Positions 39,784 to 54,310 of a DNA stretch of 64,000 bases are shown piece by piece. The position numbers and the translations under genes are program-made. The DNA comes from Camelus ferus (lineage: Eukaryota), in contig NC_045697.1 in the NCBI RefSeq assembly GCF_009834535.1, positions 78,494,001-78,558,000 on the forward strand, written 5' to 3'. Every line of letters begins with the position of its first letter. Positions within the stretch are counted from its first letter, which is position 1. The notes beneath the pieces are model-generated. The model was not told the DNA's origin. It worked only from the letters and a program-made list of their open reading frames with translations, and did no database searches.

Positions 39784-41479
39784 GCTTAATTGGATCAAGA
39801 CCTCCAAGTACTCCAGTCTTGAAACCAAGTAGCCCCAATGTAAAGGTTTTCTTTCCTGTTTGCTCCTTTTGGATTGATAGCTTAGTTCTGTAAATGAATT
39901 TGCAGAGTCCCCAAACTTGTGCTATGTATAAACTGTAAGTTGAAAACAATTTTTAACAGATCTCTCAAAATTTGAAACTAAGAAAATCTAATGTGTACAT
40001 TAAAATGTGTTTGGCTTCTTATCTTTAATCATTATTTTAACAGCGCTGAAGCTAATTCTAAACTTAAGAGGTAAATCTCATGAAAGATCTCTGAAAGAGC
40101 TGAAAGATGTGTTTTGGATACTAAATAACAGTACTAAAGTGTGCTGGAAATAAAGAATATTTTCATCCTCATCTCAGTAAACATTAAAATACATAGTGTT
40201 CTGCCCCTCTAGACATCAAGTAGACTATTACACTATTCCATTTTGATTAAAAATTCTAGTTTTTGAAAACCCAAGATTATTTCCAGCAATTATTTGAAAA
40301 TTCACTTTCTAGAGTATCTGCAGAACATCTTATATTTCACAGAGACCCATTTCTGGGAGATAGCATGGAGAGAGGGGAGTAGAAATGAGTGCAGTTTGTG
40401 GAAAAGCAAAGCTTGATCTTAAAAGTTATGTCTTTTTCTTTAATGCACAACAACAGCTATCTGGCATTTTAAGCACTGTGTTAAGTGGAAGGAAATTAAG
40501 CTGAATCCAGTATTTGCACTATTATTTGAACAAGGTTTTTTTGTGCTTCGGTATACAATCTCGAAAATAAGTCTATCATTCCTGGGTGGTCACTGCAGAG
40601 ACAGCTTCACGTATACAAAATATAAAAAGCATGCATGAAATATGCCAGTATATTAAATTAACATCTTGCAAACGCCCCTCTCCAAAATCCAGATGCTTAT
40701 ATTGCTTTTGACAGACTGTAGGCGGTAAAGTTTTAACTTTAAAGAAGGGGCTTTCTGTTTCTGTTTTCAAGTTAAAAATAATGAAAGGAAAACACACTGA
40801 AATTCCCACATTATTAAATAAAACATCTAAGTGGCCAGGGGCCAATCATTGTCACGCCATGAACAAATGCCTTACGGTAATATGTTCCATAACTGTTTGC
40901 TAAAAACTACCAATTTTAACACATTTGCACATGATTAGACACCATAAAAAGTTGCTTATTGAAGCCAGTGTCATAACACTGTTACTCATGCCCAAGGGGA
41001 GAGCAGCTTCAATGCAAACCTGAATAAGAAAGGTGGTGTGAAATAAGTTCCACGTTGTGAAAACAGATCCTAAGCAGATCTGCCAAATAGCTGACTCCAT
41101 TCAATGGTCAGAAGTTCAAAACATCATCACGAGTCTGTGCAGGGCTAAGAAAATGTTAACTGAAGAATTTTTGAAGCAATTAAATTATGCAAAGATAGAT
41201 GCTTAACATTAAATTTTTGCAAAATCTTTTTGACTCCAGTCATTCATTCAGAAAATAAATGCTTAATGTAAGGAGGGATTTGGGGCTGGCTTTCTTCAGG
41301 TGAGCTCTTGCAAAAAATTTTTTAAAAAGCAAAAGAAATCTTCTATTATATCTAACTACTAGGATGCTAAGGGAAAAAAAACAATGCAGGAAGAATTTTT
41401 CAAGTTTTAATACCATCGGAAGTTATGACTTCATAAAAACAAAACAATAATAGAAAAGTGAAAAATGAATCCAGCTACC

Positions 41480-41755
41480 TTTGGTGTTCCTTGGCGTCCT
41501 CTGACTCTCAACTGCATGACTGCAATCCCTACCTTCGTCATCACGTGATGTTCTCCTGTGTGTCTTTGTCTTTGTATGGCTGTCTTCTTACAGGGACACC
41601 AGTCAGATTGGGTTAGGCGTTTATGCTACTCCAGCATGACATCATCTTGACTAATTACATCTGCAACAATCTTGTTTCCAAACAAGGTCAAACTCTGAGA
41701 TACCTGGATTTAGGACTTCAACCATCTTTTTAGGGGCACATGACTCAACCCATAA
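41480..41755 (-). mobile_element. MaLR LTR (MLT1B/C-like), partial
   Basis: ggacaccagtcagattgggttagg..taattacatctgcaa..tttccaaacaaggtca..ttaggacttcaac..caacccataa. Confidence 0.85.
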
Positions 41756-42129
41756 GAGTATCTGTGGAGTTAAAGACACAATTAATGACAGATAAGAAAG
41801 TGACAATAATTTCTTTATAAAGGAGAAAAATACTAATCAATTTAGAACTTGTGTTAATTTATAGAGTGTTGTCATTAAAAAAAAAGTGTTGAGCATATAT
41901 TTTTAAACTAAGGAAAAAGTATTTTTAGGTCTGGGTGGTAGATCTTTAAAAGCTTTATTATTGAATTTTGATACCTGAGAAGAATTTCTAAACACCGTTG
42001 ATCTGTTGAGTTTCTCTAATAGACAATTTCTAGATGAATTAAATTTCCTAGATTTCTCAAAGATGCATGCCTCACAAAACTGGGCCCGTACAGGTTGTAC
42101 AGTTAAAAATAGTGTTAATTTTAAGGTAC

Positions 42130-42300
42130 AGTCTTGGTTCTTTCACTCACGAAGTAAATCACATCCCTGCCACTTTCGTTTCTACACTTGTAAAATAGAG
42201 ACTCTAAAGTTGACTCCATTCGGTTATTTTAAGACTGAAGATAACGTATAGAAAAATACTGTAAATAGTAAGACTGAATCCCATAAATTATTATTAGTAC
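42130..42300 (+). mobile_element. Degenerate MIR
   Basis: aagtaaatcac..gtttctacacttgtaaaataga..aagactgaagataacgtatagaaa. Confidence 0.4.
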
Positions 42301-42759
42301 CCTGCAGTTCATTTACCCCAGTATCCCCAAGTAATGTCCTACTAGGCACACAAGGAGGACGATCCAGAGGACTGCATATGGTATCCCCAGCCTTCACCTC
42401 GTGGTATTCTTACTCCTCTCAAATACTATTCCAGTGGTTTCAGCATCTGGAATTTTATCTGGAAAGAGTGAATGTCCTCTTTATTCCTTTCTTTTTACAG
42501 TACAAACATCATATGTTTAAAGGTGGACTTTTTAGGAAAAAAATAGATTAAGAGTTATTGTAAAACATGTATCAGAAAGCCCCCATTGGCCACTGGGGTA
42601 ACTTCTTATTTTTGGATTTTATCCCTTTCAGAACTTTGAGCTTCTAAGCACTATATCAAGTCTTCTCGTGCTTCTGCTTGACAGGAACTGGGAGAGGAGG
42701 AGCCAGGGTGGGTCCACAAAGAGGCCAAGTGTGGTGCTTGAGCCAGTGCCATTTTGTTT

Positions 42760-43560
42760 TGAATTAAACAATTTTAAAATCAGGTATGGTTTAATCCCAA
42801 CAGAATATACTGACGTTCTGTGTTTATTTCATGGAGTTCTGATAAATGTGAGCACTCATAAGTTCTCTATCCCTATTAAGATAAGTAAAATTTTTATCAC
42901 TCTAGGTGGTACCCTGTGGAGCTTTCCAGTTAATTCTCACACACTTCAACTGGATCTCACTCCTCTGATTTCCATCATCATAGCTTAGTCTTGCCTCTTC
43001 TAGAATTCTATCTGATGGAATTATACACATAATTTTGATGTCTGGCTTCTTTTGCTTGTGAACATGTGAGATTCATTATATTAGTGAATGTATCAATAGT
43101 CTGATTCTTTTTATTGCTGAGTATATTGCATTACATGGATATAGCACAGCTGGTTAATCCATTTCCTTGTTTATGGGTATTTGAGTACAAATTGAGACTC
43201 TGGTTTAATAATCTTTTCTCTCTTTGTGCTTCAGTTTGTATGCTTTGTGTTAATCTGTGTTCAGGTTTATTGATCCTTTCTTCTGTTCTTTTCAATGTCC
43301 TGATTTTTTACTTCATATTGTCTTTGTATTGTATTTTTCAGATGAGTAATTCATTTGTTTCTTTTTTATAGCTTCCAAATGTATCCTGACAATTTTACTT
43401 ATCTTTTACTCTGGGTTTTATAAAATTTTTATCAAAAATAGTTTAAAATCTTCAGCTGTCAGCTCCAACATTCAGGATGTTTGTAGGCCTGTTTCTGTTG
43501 ACCGACATTTTTTTCTTGACTATGGTTCACATATTTCTGTTTCGTTGCGTATTATTATGA
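42760..43560 (-). mobile_element. Old L1 (L1ME/L1M) fragments
   Basis: ttgcctcttctagaatt, tctggcttcttttgct, ttttattgctgagtatattgcattacatggatatagcac. Confidence 0.65.
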
Positions 43561-43664
43561 TGTAATTATGCTATGATATCTACTTATCTTGTGTGAAACT
43601 CACAGAATTCAAGCTATGCTAAGTAGCTCAAAATGGAGTTAAAGTGGCCAAAGTGAACTCCCAT

Positions 43665-44195
43665 ATTAGTTGTTTTGAAATGTACAGTTAAAGACTGTGA
43701 GTGACTTAAAGTGATAAATTAAGAGTGTTACTTTAGGTAAGGAATTTGTTTGGCAATATCTGTGAAAATACTTCACTGGAACAGAAGGAGTAACAATAGA
43801 GGCAAGACCCCCTGGAACATAACCATCACACCCTACTGGCAGATCCCTTAAAATGAAACCACTGAGCCAAGCAACTTGAAGGCTCTTTGCTGGAAGGCTC
43901 CCCTCCACGATGCTGAGAGCTGTTTCAGACACTGCCCGAGGCTCTGCCAGAACAGAATGTGGCTTCCTATTCATGCGTTCGCAAGACCAATTGCCAGCCT
44001 GGAGACCACTGCTCATGCTGAGATGCCTCCTTCCCGGATTCTTCTTGGAGTGGTCCATCACCCTCGTCTCTTCTCTGCCTACTTCGACTAACCTGTGTTG
44101 CATGCTAATTGTGTGCAATAAACTAATTGATTTGTGAATTGACAATTGGATATGTTTCCTATACCTCCAATCTCACCATTCTTACCTGACCTTAC
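43665..44195 (+). mobile_element. Probable ancient ERV solo LTR, family unassigned
   Basis: About 530 bp, richer in GC than the flanks, starting tg, with AATAAA near 44117 and a U5-like pyrimidine tract. Confidence 0.4.
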
Positions 44196-45415
44196 TGCTG
44201 GTTGAAAAGAAGAACGGGATACGTATTAAATATAATACTGCTAGGCACTAAGCTAGTATCATATGTTTTAATTTTTAGCTCTCAGAGTTCTTGTGAAAGA
44301 GATATAAATATACACACTCTTTCCACAATGTAGAAGCAAATTCAGGACATATGTGGTAGGAGATTGGCAGTTCCCACTTCTGTCTTCTGCCCATCAATTA
44401 CATTACTAGGATGGGCTACACAAAAGACCTCTTTCTTGCCCTGATGCATGTTGGTGCCACATGTCTTCCTGGTCTTCAAGGGTAGAATCCATCTCACGCT
44501 CTCAAGTCACTAAATTTGCTCCTATTGTTTATCAGGATAGGAAGGAGTAAAAATTTGACACTACCTTTGGAAATTGTATCGACCATGTTATACATCAATG
44601 AAAAACTTTACAAATTAGAAATTATTTAATAGCAAAAATAATTTTCAAACAATTAACCATATCAGAGATGATCACAGATGCAGACAATATCTCAATAAAA
44701 TACACAGTTGGGATTGTGTAGCAGAGCTATCTATAAGAGTGAAAACGGTCAGCTCAAATGTTGATGAAATTGTGAAGTTAGTTTGTCCTCCAACCCTCTT
44801 AAAAATTCTTTTCATGAGTTTCCCAATATCTCCTTGAAGCTACTCAATTTTATAAAACCCAAGTCAACTCAATTTAACAGAACTTTATTGTGTACTTAGT
44901 ACAGCAGCCGGTGTGAGATATTTTGGAGCACAAAAAAGGGGACACATATTTCCTCCCTTAAGTTGCTTGCACCAATGCAAACCTTTAACGCAGGAGCAGC
45001 AATTTTAGATGTCTGGAAGGCTAGGCAAGTGACATGAAGCAGGTGGTGGTGGACTGGTTGGGAGTGTAGTAAATTGGAGAGCAGAGGCAACCATCTACTG
45101 GGGCAAACAGCCAGCTGCTCATCTCCAGCTCATTACTGCCACACAGAAACAAGGCTCAGATCTTGCGGTTCTTTTTTTCTCAAGAGCATTTTTATGTGAA
45201 ATTTGAGTTTTAGTCATTGACAACAATTCTTTTTAATTAGATACTAAAAAAAGTATTGCAAGTTGAGTGTGACATACAGGCTGAAAATTTTAAAACCACA
45301 ACTTTGAAGTGTATGCCTGGACTAGTCAGCTCATTCCATGAGAATAATTAATCAATCCTTTTTCAAGCACTGCCATTCCACTGAAAACTATCCATGAGAT
45401 CTGGGTTACCAGATC

Positions 45416-45757
45416 TGCTATAGATTGAACATCTCTTTCCAAAATCCATCTATTGAAGCCCTAATGCCCAACACTATGGTCTTTGGAGGTAGGGCTGGGG
45501 GAAGTAATTAGTTCATGAGGGAAGAGTCCTCCTGAATGAAATTGGCGTCCTTATGAAAGGGACACAAGAGAGGTGATCCCTCAGCTACAGTGAGAATGTA
45601 GGCTACATTGAGAATACGGCCATCTGAAAGCCAAGAAGAGTTTTCACCAGGAGTGGTGCCAAAAGCTTGGATTTCTAGGTTCCAGAAGAGTGGGAGATAA
45701 ACTTCTGTTGTTTAAGTCACTCAGCCTATGTATTTTGTTGTCAGCCCAAGCTAAGAG
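45416..45757 (+). mobile_element. MaLR solo LTR (MLT1A/MST-like)
   Basis: tgctatagattgaa..ttgaagccctaatgccca..tttggaggtaggg..gataaacttctgttgtttaagtcactcag..cagcccaagctaaga. Confidence 0.85.
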
Positions 45758-45789
45758 TCAAAATAAAATAACATTTTTTTTTTCTACTT

Positions 45790-46450
45790 TCAACTTCCTT
45801 TTTACTCAGCAGCATTTGCCAAATGTGACCATTCCTTCCTTGTGGTGCCATATTTTCTTACCTTCCCTCCCAATACACTGGTGACCTCTTTCCGGTTTCC
45901 TATGTGGCTCCATCATTCTAAATGATATTCAGATGTGGGTGCTACTCACCTTTGTATCTCCAATCTAGATTGTTCTTCTGTGCCTCACAACCATATAAAC
46001 CACTTGTATGTCCAACAGGTACCTTGTCCAGAGATCTACTCTTAATTTTCCTTTTACCTTATTTTCCTGGAGTCAGCTTCATTACAACAAACAGTATCAG
46101 TTGCTTAATCCACTCACTTCCTCAAGGTATAAATCTGAGATTCATCCTTGATATCTTCCCCTCAAATATGTCTGTTTCTCTCTATATTTACTGTGGCCAC
46201 ACTAGCCCAGTCTACCAGCATCTTTTATCTTGATCACTAAAAAAAAAAAAAATCTCAAAGTTCTTCCTTGAATGAATCTTTGCTTAATCTCATAGAGCGA
46301 ACAAAGACCTTTTAAAACTGTAAGTCTTATCATGTACTTCTCTATTTTAAAAACTTTAGTGGCTTTCTAGGATCCTTCGGTAAAATTCAAAATTCTTACA
46401 ACGGGCTGCTGGTTCCGGGTGGTCTACCCTTGCTGCCTCTAGTACCACAT
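45790..46450 (+). mobile_element. Degenerate L2 fragment
   Basis: aaatctgagattcatccttga, ttttaaaactgtaagtcttatcatgt, taaaattcaaaattcttaca. Confidence 0.6.
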
Positions 46451-46949
46451 ATTGTCTTGCTCAGTGCCCACCACCCACGATTATTTCCTCCAGCAAACCA
46501 AATTTCTCCCCATGTCTGAAATATAAACATGTACACTAAAAAATTTAGAAAGAATTTCTCTGTCTAGCTTCTATAGGATTTATAAGGTATCTCAGCCCTT
46601 CAACTAAGTTCTCCTAGCCTATGACAAGGTCAGAAGTCCAGTGAAATGTTGATAAACCCCTGCATATATTATCACCTTATACATCATGTAGAACATTCCT
46701 GAGAAACTGAGTAAACTGCAGGCAGGGTTTTTCATGCATGTGAATGACCTTTCTGATACCAATTTTTCTTATTTTATTCTGATACAAACTCTTATCCTAT
46801 TAATTGTTTTATTTTTTTTTAAAAAAAGATCATTTCCTCACACAGAATCTACATAAATTCTTGCATTGTATATTCCACTTAGAAGATCACATTATCTCAA
46901 ACTGGATCTAGAAGCACCAAAGAAAATCTAAATATATTCTCTTTTTTCT

Positions 46950-47500
46950 AGAAATATTTATTGAGCTCTTACCCTATGAGAGACATTGTACTATGCTACT
47001 GGGATATACTAATAAGAAAAAAAAATGGAAACTCTTCATGGAGCTTCTGGAACAACTGGGGAGACAGCTAGAAATCAAATAATCATACAAATAATAGATA
47101 TTATAAACTGAGATAAGCAATACGAAGAAAAGGGTCAACGTGCAATGAAAGAGTATGAAAAGAAATTGGCTTAGTTTAGGGGGCTTAGGAAAGCCTTCCT
47201 TGGAAGTAACATCTGAGCCAAGATATGAAAGGTGAGTAGGGATTAACCAGATGCAAGGGAGTTTAGGAAGTCAGGAAGAAGGAGAGCTTTCCAGGGGTGG
47301 AAATAGCATGTGCAAAGGCCTTGAATCCAAAGACTTTGATATATGCAAGAAGCTGAATGAAGACCAGTGAGACACAGCCACCAAAAGCAAAAGAAGATTT
47401 GGTGAAAGATGGTATTGGAGGAATAGGTGGGGGGCAGATCACCCATGTGTCGTTCTGAAGTTCAAAAGAGAGCTACTTAAAAATTCTAAACATTTTGTTT
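46950..47500 (-). mobile_element. L2 3' end, antisense
   Basis: aaatatttattgagc..tatgctactggggatatac..ggaaatagcatgtgcaaaggccttga..ggggcagatcacc. Confidence 0.75.
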
Positions 47501-48249
47501 TACAATTTTTCCTTCATTGCTCATCAAAATTTTATAGAGAGAAAGGAAGGCATAAATAGAAATGTCTATGGGCTCTGCCCATTAAGTAATTTATATTAAA
47601 AAATCTTACACATATTAAATTTGGAAAAGTCTAAAGACTGAGAAACACAGATTTTTAAAAGGCAATATTTTGCCTGCATGCTCTTTTTTTTTTTAATCCT
47701 AGTGAGTGGATGTGGGCTGATTCCAAGGTGAATTCTCAAGCCAGTACTAGCCTGGACCAGCTGTCAAGTCACAAGCAAATGCAACCTGTTGTCATTATGT
47801 TACATGTTTCACCTAGAAATCATTGAGGAGGAGTAAATGTGCTGCCAGACCACACTTACTGCCTTCCTAATGTGCGGGGAGAGCACACAACTCAGCCCTG
47901 CTGAGGTCCCTGCTTGGCACCATCACGAAGGGCTGCTCAAACCTAGACAAGTACAAAAAATGAACATGTGGAGGAAAACCAGAAGGTGCGAGAGAACTGA
48001 TCATTATGAGAGCTACTCAGTCTGCTCTTTTAATAATATAGAAGAGGTTAAGTGAGCTCCTTAACCAGAGTGCTTAAACACTGTGTCTGAACCTAGGGCC
48101 TCACCACTGATACAAATTTTGATAAAGCAACTTGACTTTGGGAATTTAATCTGTATCAGTTAACAACAACAACAACAAAATACATTGTTGTTATAAACAT
48201 TCTTCCTACATATATACATATACACGTACATATGCATTTATATATACGG

Positions 48250-49030
48250 ATTTATATACAAGAATGCTTATAGCAACATTGTAAGGACAAAAACTTGGCA
48301 ACATCAGTAAAAGAATGGTTGCATGAATTACGACAGAGCCAAGCCCTGAAGTATTTACAATAATGAAGCATGCCTGTGTGTTTACCTGGAGAGATGTCCA
48401 TAAAATAATGTAAATTAAGTGAAAAGGAAATTGGTGTATGTAACACAACCTCATTTTGGTAAATAAACAAAATATGGATACACACACACACACACACATA
48501 TACACATAAATATTTAGTATAAATAGAGAATGTGTTCAAGGATAACTGTTTTATTCAATGAGTTGGGCTTAGTAAGATTCAATCACAAAAAAAATTATTT
48601 CTTAGTACTCCTTGTCGAACTCACTGTGTTGACACTTTCTTTCCCAGACCTGTATGGAATTTCTAGTAGGTCCCATAGGTTTTACAGTCCCTCTAAGATA
48701 ATTTTTAGAAGTCCTCTGACAATAGATTATGCCTATAAAGTCCATAGGGAAAACAAAACAAAAACAAAAAGGCAACTAAAAAAATGGGCAAAGTTCTTTC
48801 TAAACATACACTCTACAAAAGAGAATACCAACATGCTCAATAAATGTATCTAGTAAAGTGGAACATATCTGCATCCTGTCACTCAGCTATTCTTAGGTTT
48901 ATACCCATCAGAAATGTGTAAGCATGTTCACCTAAGGATATATGCTTAAATGTTCAGAGCAGCACTCTCTGCATCAGTGAAAAGCTGGAAACTATCCAAA
49001 TTCCCATCAACAGTAGAATAGATTAAAAAA
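48250..49030 (+). mobile_element. Old L1 (L1ME-like) fragments with a (CA)n tract at 48480-48505
   Basis: aagaatgcttatagcaacattgt, aaaaaatgggcaaag, aatgttcagagcagcact..ctggaaactatccaaattcccatcaacagtagaatagat. Confidence 0.6.
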
Positions 49031-50349
49031 AAAAAGTTAGCTGGAACATAGTTTATGAACAGACAACTTTTGTAGGCAAGCCAGAAAGACTTGTCTTCCT
49101 CAAACCAGCATTGCATTTATCTACTTTTCTATCTCCATGACGTTTTTGTCATGCTGTCCTACCTCCTGCATCCCCCACTGTTCCTCCACCCAGAGGAACA
49201 GCTACGCAAACTTTAAAGCTAACTAAAATGTTATTCATCCCACTAAATATTTTCTGATGCAGCAAAAATCTTCTCATTATCCAAATTCCCATTTTATGTG
49301 TCCACTCATGCTTCCTGCTGATGACATAAGAAAGCAGAAGCAAGCCATCCTCAAACGTTCTGATGGGGATTCCACCACAAAAATACAGTGCTGGTAGACA
49401 GGACAGCCTTGAAGAGCAGAGGTGAACTACTTCCCCCTAGACTGAAATGAGAGAAACAGTCTTTTTTCTTGCTTGTGCCATTGGTAAATGTGGTCTCTGA
49501 TACAGCATGTGAACAAAGAACCTAGCAGGGACAGTATTCTCATATCAACCCGATCCACCAGGATGCTGAGTCAAGAGGGTTTAATCTTCCCTTGTCATTG
49601 CTCACAATGTCCAGCTTTAAATGTCCGATGGCATTACCCTCAGGTTGTCACAAACACTCTCACTTCAATAATTAGTTTCTCTAGTTCTTTGGGTCTTCCT
49701 AAGGAAGAGCCCATCCTTAGGCTTAAGTTGTTTCAGATGGGAAGCCCCCACACACCCTGCTCAGCTCTAAGACATTTCTTCTGAAAAGTCTGTACTGAAA
49801 ATTAGTCTTACTTTGATACTGGATATCTATTTTATTGGCACATCAGTCCAAACTAAGAGAGGAACAGTTCTGTTCTATTTGAATATTCTGTGTTACAGCT
49901 TTCAAATGTATGAAGACTTTGGTGGAAGTATTTCATTGGCCATTACATCCAATCCCAGACCTTCATGAAGTACCTTCTGTGTGCTAAGAACTGTAGGCAG
50001 TAACAAAAATATCAACATGGTTAAAAACAGAGTCCTACCCCATTGTTATTTTTATGATTAAGGCAAAACAAGTATTAGAATAATAAGCTAACTCTGAAAT
50101 ACTGTTTTCACAATATTTAATATTAACTTTAGAAATTTTAACACTATTTAACAATAACGTCTATCAAGAAAAAAGAGCAAAGAAGTACTAGCATAGTTTT
50201 GTTTGTATTTTTTTCTGTTTCATTTGATATCTGCATTCAGGCCCAATTCTCATTTTCTTGAGTTAATGACCAAAGAAAATAAGCTTCCTTTATAAACCCT
50301 CTATTTATGAAACTTTCTTTTACTTTTCTATGAGCTTGGACTCAATGTT

Positions 50350-50510
50350 GTTTTTTCTTTTTCTTTGTTTGTTTTGGGGGGGTTATTAGGTTCATTTATT
50401 TATTTATTATTATTACTAATGGAGGTACTGGGGATTGAACCAGGACCGAACCCAGGACCTCCTACATGCCTAGCATGTGCTCTGCCACTGAGCTATACTC
50501 ACTTCCCACC
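50350..50510 (-). mobile_element. tRNA-derived SINE (Vic-1-like), antisense
   Basis: aatggaggtactggggattgaaccaggaccgaacccaggacc..ccactgagctatac. Confidence 0.9.
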
Positions 50511-50644
50511 CACCACATTGTTTTAAACACGTGAAAAGACTAGTTGGCATTTTTTCAACATGCTTCAGAGGTTTGAAAGATCTAGTTTAATAAGAGACAT
50601 TATCAGAAGCCTGAAGGATTTTCTGACCCACAACATATTTCTGG

Positions 50645-50860
50645 AAGACAGTGTAGAGTCATGTAAAAAGAATTAGGGGTATTTAGGTTACAGCAAAATT
50701 AACAAATTCTTTTAGTTCTATGACTTTGGCTAGTTTTCTAAACTTCCAGAACTACAGTTTGCTCATCCTTATAAAGATGATAATGCAGTCTACTTTATGA
50801 TGTTGTCTAGTGGATTCAGAGATAAAGTATACACTGTGCTTAGCATCAAATACTGTTAGT
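50645..50860 (+). mobile_element. MIR SINE
   Basis: tatgactttggctagtt..cagtttgctcatcc..gatgataat..gtgcttagca. Confidence 0.65.
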
Positions 50861-52844
50861 TTCCTTTCTTATCCACTTATCTGACAGTGTTAATATTAAG
50901 ACTCATTCTTTTCTAAACATTTAACACTTTTCTACTTGGAAAACACTTTGAGTCTTAAAAGTTACTTTGTTATTGGAATTACATATTAAAATACTAAAAC
51001 AGTTTCACAAGCACTGGGCTATTAAGGCCTGGTCGGCCTGAGTCGGTGGCAGAAGGGTACAAAGGGAACAGGCCTCATGTTCTGCGTTTGTGAATTTCCT
51101 GTGAATAATAACTGCTTCACTGGGGGTTGGTCATTTTATCAGGATCGGTACTATATAAGAAAAAATAAATGCACATCTTAGATTGGAAAAAGACTCTCTC
51201 TCAAACAATTTTTAAAAAGTACACCTCTCTCTTTTTTTAATCTTTTTGACAACTTGACTGGGGAGTCGGGGTGGAAAGTGGCCCTACTTAAGAAAAGTAA
51301 GCAAAGTATTGGCAGGCAGTGACTTTAAATTGCACATTAAACTAATCCAGGGCTATGCCTTAATAAAGGCTAGGGCTGGGAATTCTTATGGATTTTCTAG
51401 CTCATTGCCGGGACAACATCGAAAGGCAATAAATGTTCTATTACTTACACAAGCTGCTAGTTTTCAGAAAATTAGTCACCAGTGACCTTCTACCCTTTGT
51501 CTTGCTCTCCTTCTCAGTAAGTGTACCTGATCTGAATCAAATGCAGCCCAGTCCACAGAGAAGTTTGTCTGATAACCTCCTACAAATCTAAATAACTGGG
51601 TTTTGGCATTAGCAATAAAATAGATCTATTAGGAGAAAATACAATTCTACACATTTATTTTACCTGAAACTAAAGCTCCATGCTCAAGTTATTGTTTTAA
51701 GTAAATTAAATCTCATTTCAGATAAATCTCAGTTCAAACAAGTTGAATATGAAAATGACATTCAGCTTAAAGTTCTTGGCTTTTATACACGTAACCAATG
51801 ATAGAAGATTCTTACAATTTTTTGTGAGTATTTGCCTACATGCAGGACTATGAGTGTATGAGCAATGAGGGGATAACCATGAGGCGGAGGGGGCTGGAGT
51901 CTCAGGGTTGATAGCGGAGAGGAACAGAAAAGGAGAGAAGTTATATGATTTGGGGGCGCCAGTCCTTATATTGAATTATATTGATTAGTTTTCCAGTTAG
52001 CAGGGAGACCTCCTTCTGACCCTATTTTCAGGGTCACTACATCATAATGCAATCTCGCCAAGAGCCTAGTATCCCTCCCCATATTGCTTTCCAAGGAAAG
52101 TATGGACCTGAAAATGCCCATTTAAAGCTTTTTCTTTTTTCCTCCTTTTGCAGGACTCCACCTAACAAATGCATATATAAATTGTATATAGAGTGTAATA
52201 ACAGTGCAGTGGACACAAGATATAAAAATGGTTCCAACCTTTTGAAAAAAAAGGCTATTTTAGAAATTGAATCTCGTGAACAGCATTTCATCTGAATCAG
52301 GAAAATAAAATGATAACATCTGACAAACAGGTGGATCTGCCATAAGATGGATGCCTTACTAGAGAAACCTTAAATTTGTATTAGTATATGGTTGAAACAT
52401 CTAGCAAACACTAAAATTAAAGACTGGCAGGAGATATTTTTGGTTTAGTCATGTGCATTTTCATCTTAGACTGAACATTAAGTGGAAGACAAAATAATTA
52501 TGTTTCTATGAATATTTATGAACCAAGAAATACTTGCTTTTTTTAAAATGATGAAATAATTTCAAGACTTTTAGTCCTATAAAATGTTATTTATATGAAA
52601 GAGCCTGGAAAGTCTATCGTTTAACAAGGCATTTGCAGTAATTCATGAAAAACTGACAAAGAGACATTTTGACATCATGTGGACAAAGTAAATGGCATTT
52701 TTCACGTTTCAACTAATTGTACTGACACTGAACTATCATACTGACAATCCATAGTGTGATGTCACTTGACAAGCGATTACAGCTGTTGATGCTTTGGAAT
52801 CTGTTTCCTTACCTGCTATGCCTCTATGTCTTCATACCTTATTT

Positions 52845-53265
52845 GACTAAAGGAAGCTGTTCCATCTTTGGACATGGATTTGTGTATAATGCGGTAACCC
52901 AGACTTCTGGCTCTGTGCTGAAGCAGGTCACTTTCACTCCCACTTTTTCTCCCTTTATATGCACACTTACTAATTGGATGTTAATCTACTTTTCTCTTCA
53001 TTCAGAGAGAGCCTGGGCCACTAGCATCACTCCATGAATCAAAACCTTCAGCTGACTCACTAGACTTGCCAACTCATATCACCTGGAAAATGTCATGGAG
53101 CCAACTTCTTTTTATTAATGCAGGTCATTCTATAATGTATGAATATCAATAAAGTATATGAAGCGGAGATGTTGCTGAAAAAGAGAGGATAAACAATAGA
53201 ATTGCTCTAACCACAAAAGTACAACGTTATCAAATAATTCTCACCAACCAACAAGCAAGACTCAA
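52845..53265 (+). repeat. Left arm of a 421-bp inverted duplication
   Basis: Base-by-base reverse complement of 55535-55955 with one mismatch (53221 A vs 55579 C). Confidence 0.98.
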
Positions 53266-54310
53266 CCGGTGGTACCCAAGTCCTCAAGAGGTCTCCCAGA
53301 GCACCCCAATTCTCCACATCACCATCTGCTCTCATTGTCTCAAGCTGTCAGAAATGTCAATGAATGGAGAGACAGAAAGTTTCTTGAAAGTCCTTTCATA
53401 TCACTGCCCTTGATGCTTCTTTACCCTAAAGTGCCCATGTATTTCCATCAACATATTTTTCCCTATCAAACATGTAATGAGCCTAGATTCCCTAAGTATG
53501 AGATGAAAGCAGCTCACTGGCTGTGACTCTGAGATTATTAGTTCCTCGAGTCTGTCTTGCTCAGTAGAGCAAATGTGAAGTCTGCTGACCTGGGAGCTGG
53601 CTTTGCTGCTGCTGTTCGTTACATGCCCACAGGAAAATATGTTGAAACCAGCCAGGGTGTCAGTTGAGATTTTTGTAGAAAATAAAGGGAGAGCTATGGA
53701 GAGAGAAATAGCTCTTGGCAGAGCTCTTTTTAGCCCCATCTCTCACTGAAGGCCTAGTGTCTTCTTTTATTTATATGACTTTGGTTAGGAGTAAGTTAGT
53801 AAAGAAAAGAGATTGAAGCCCAGATAGTGAATCTACAGATGTAATTCAGATTTTAGTTTGATATTTATACCTTGAGTCATGAACAGAGGTTTGTTTTTGG
53901 CACAAAATTGCATGCCTGTCATTTCTCCATGATACCATAGTAATTCTAACATAATCTGTGCTCTCCTGGATGCTTTATATTCTGGCTTTATATTGCATTT
54001 TATTTATAATATAATCATAATCACAAATGAATAGAAATAATCTTGGCTCACTGTTCTGAGTAGTTGATCCTTTACTCAGACTAGTGGTGATGTAAAGTCT
54101 CCTTGTTATAAAATAACAAAATTGGTACCTCTTAAACAGTTTTACTTCATAGTGTCAATGAAGAGGTCTGGAAAAGACAAAATGTCATCAGTTTTGTCCA
54201 ATATTCTGATGAAATTACCTTATAATAATTATCTAATGCTTTTGGAACTCAAATTCAACTATGTATATCTGAGCATCTAAACACATGAAAGCATGATTTT
54301 AATGTCATAC

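Noticed and set aside
43666..44145. 159-aa minus-strand ORF
   Set aside because: No recognisable homology, and it lies within a probable LTR.
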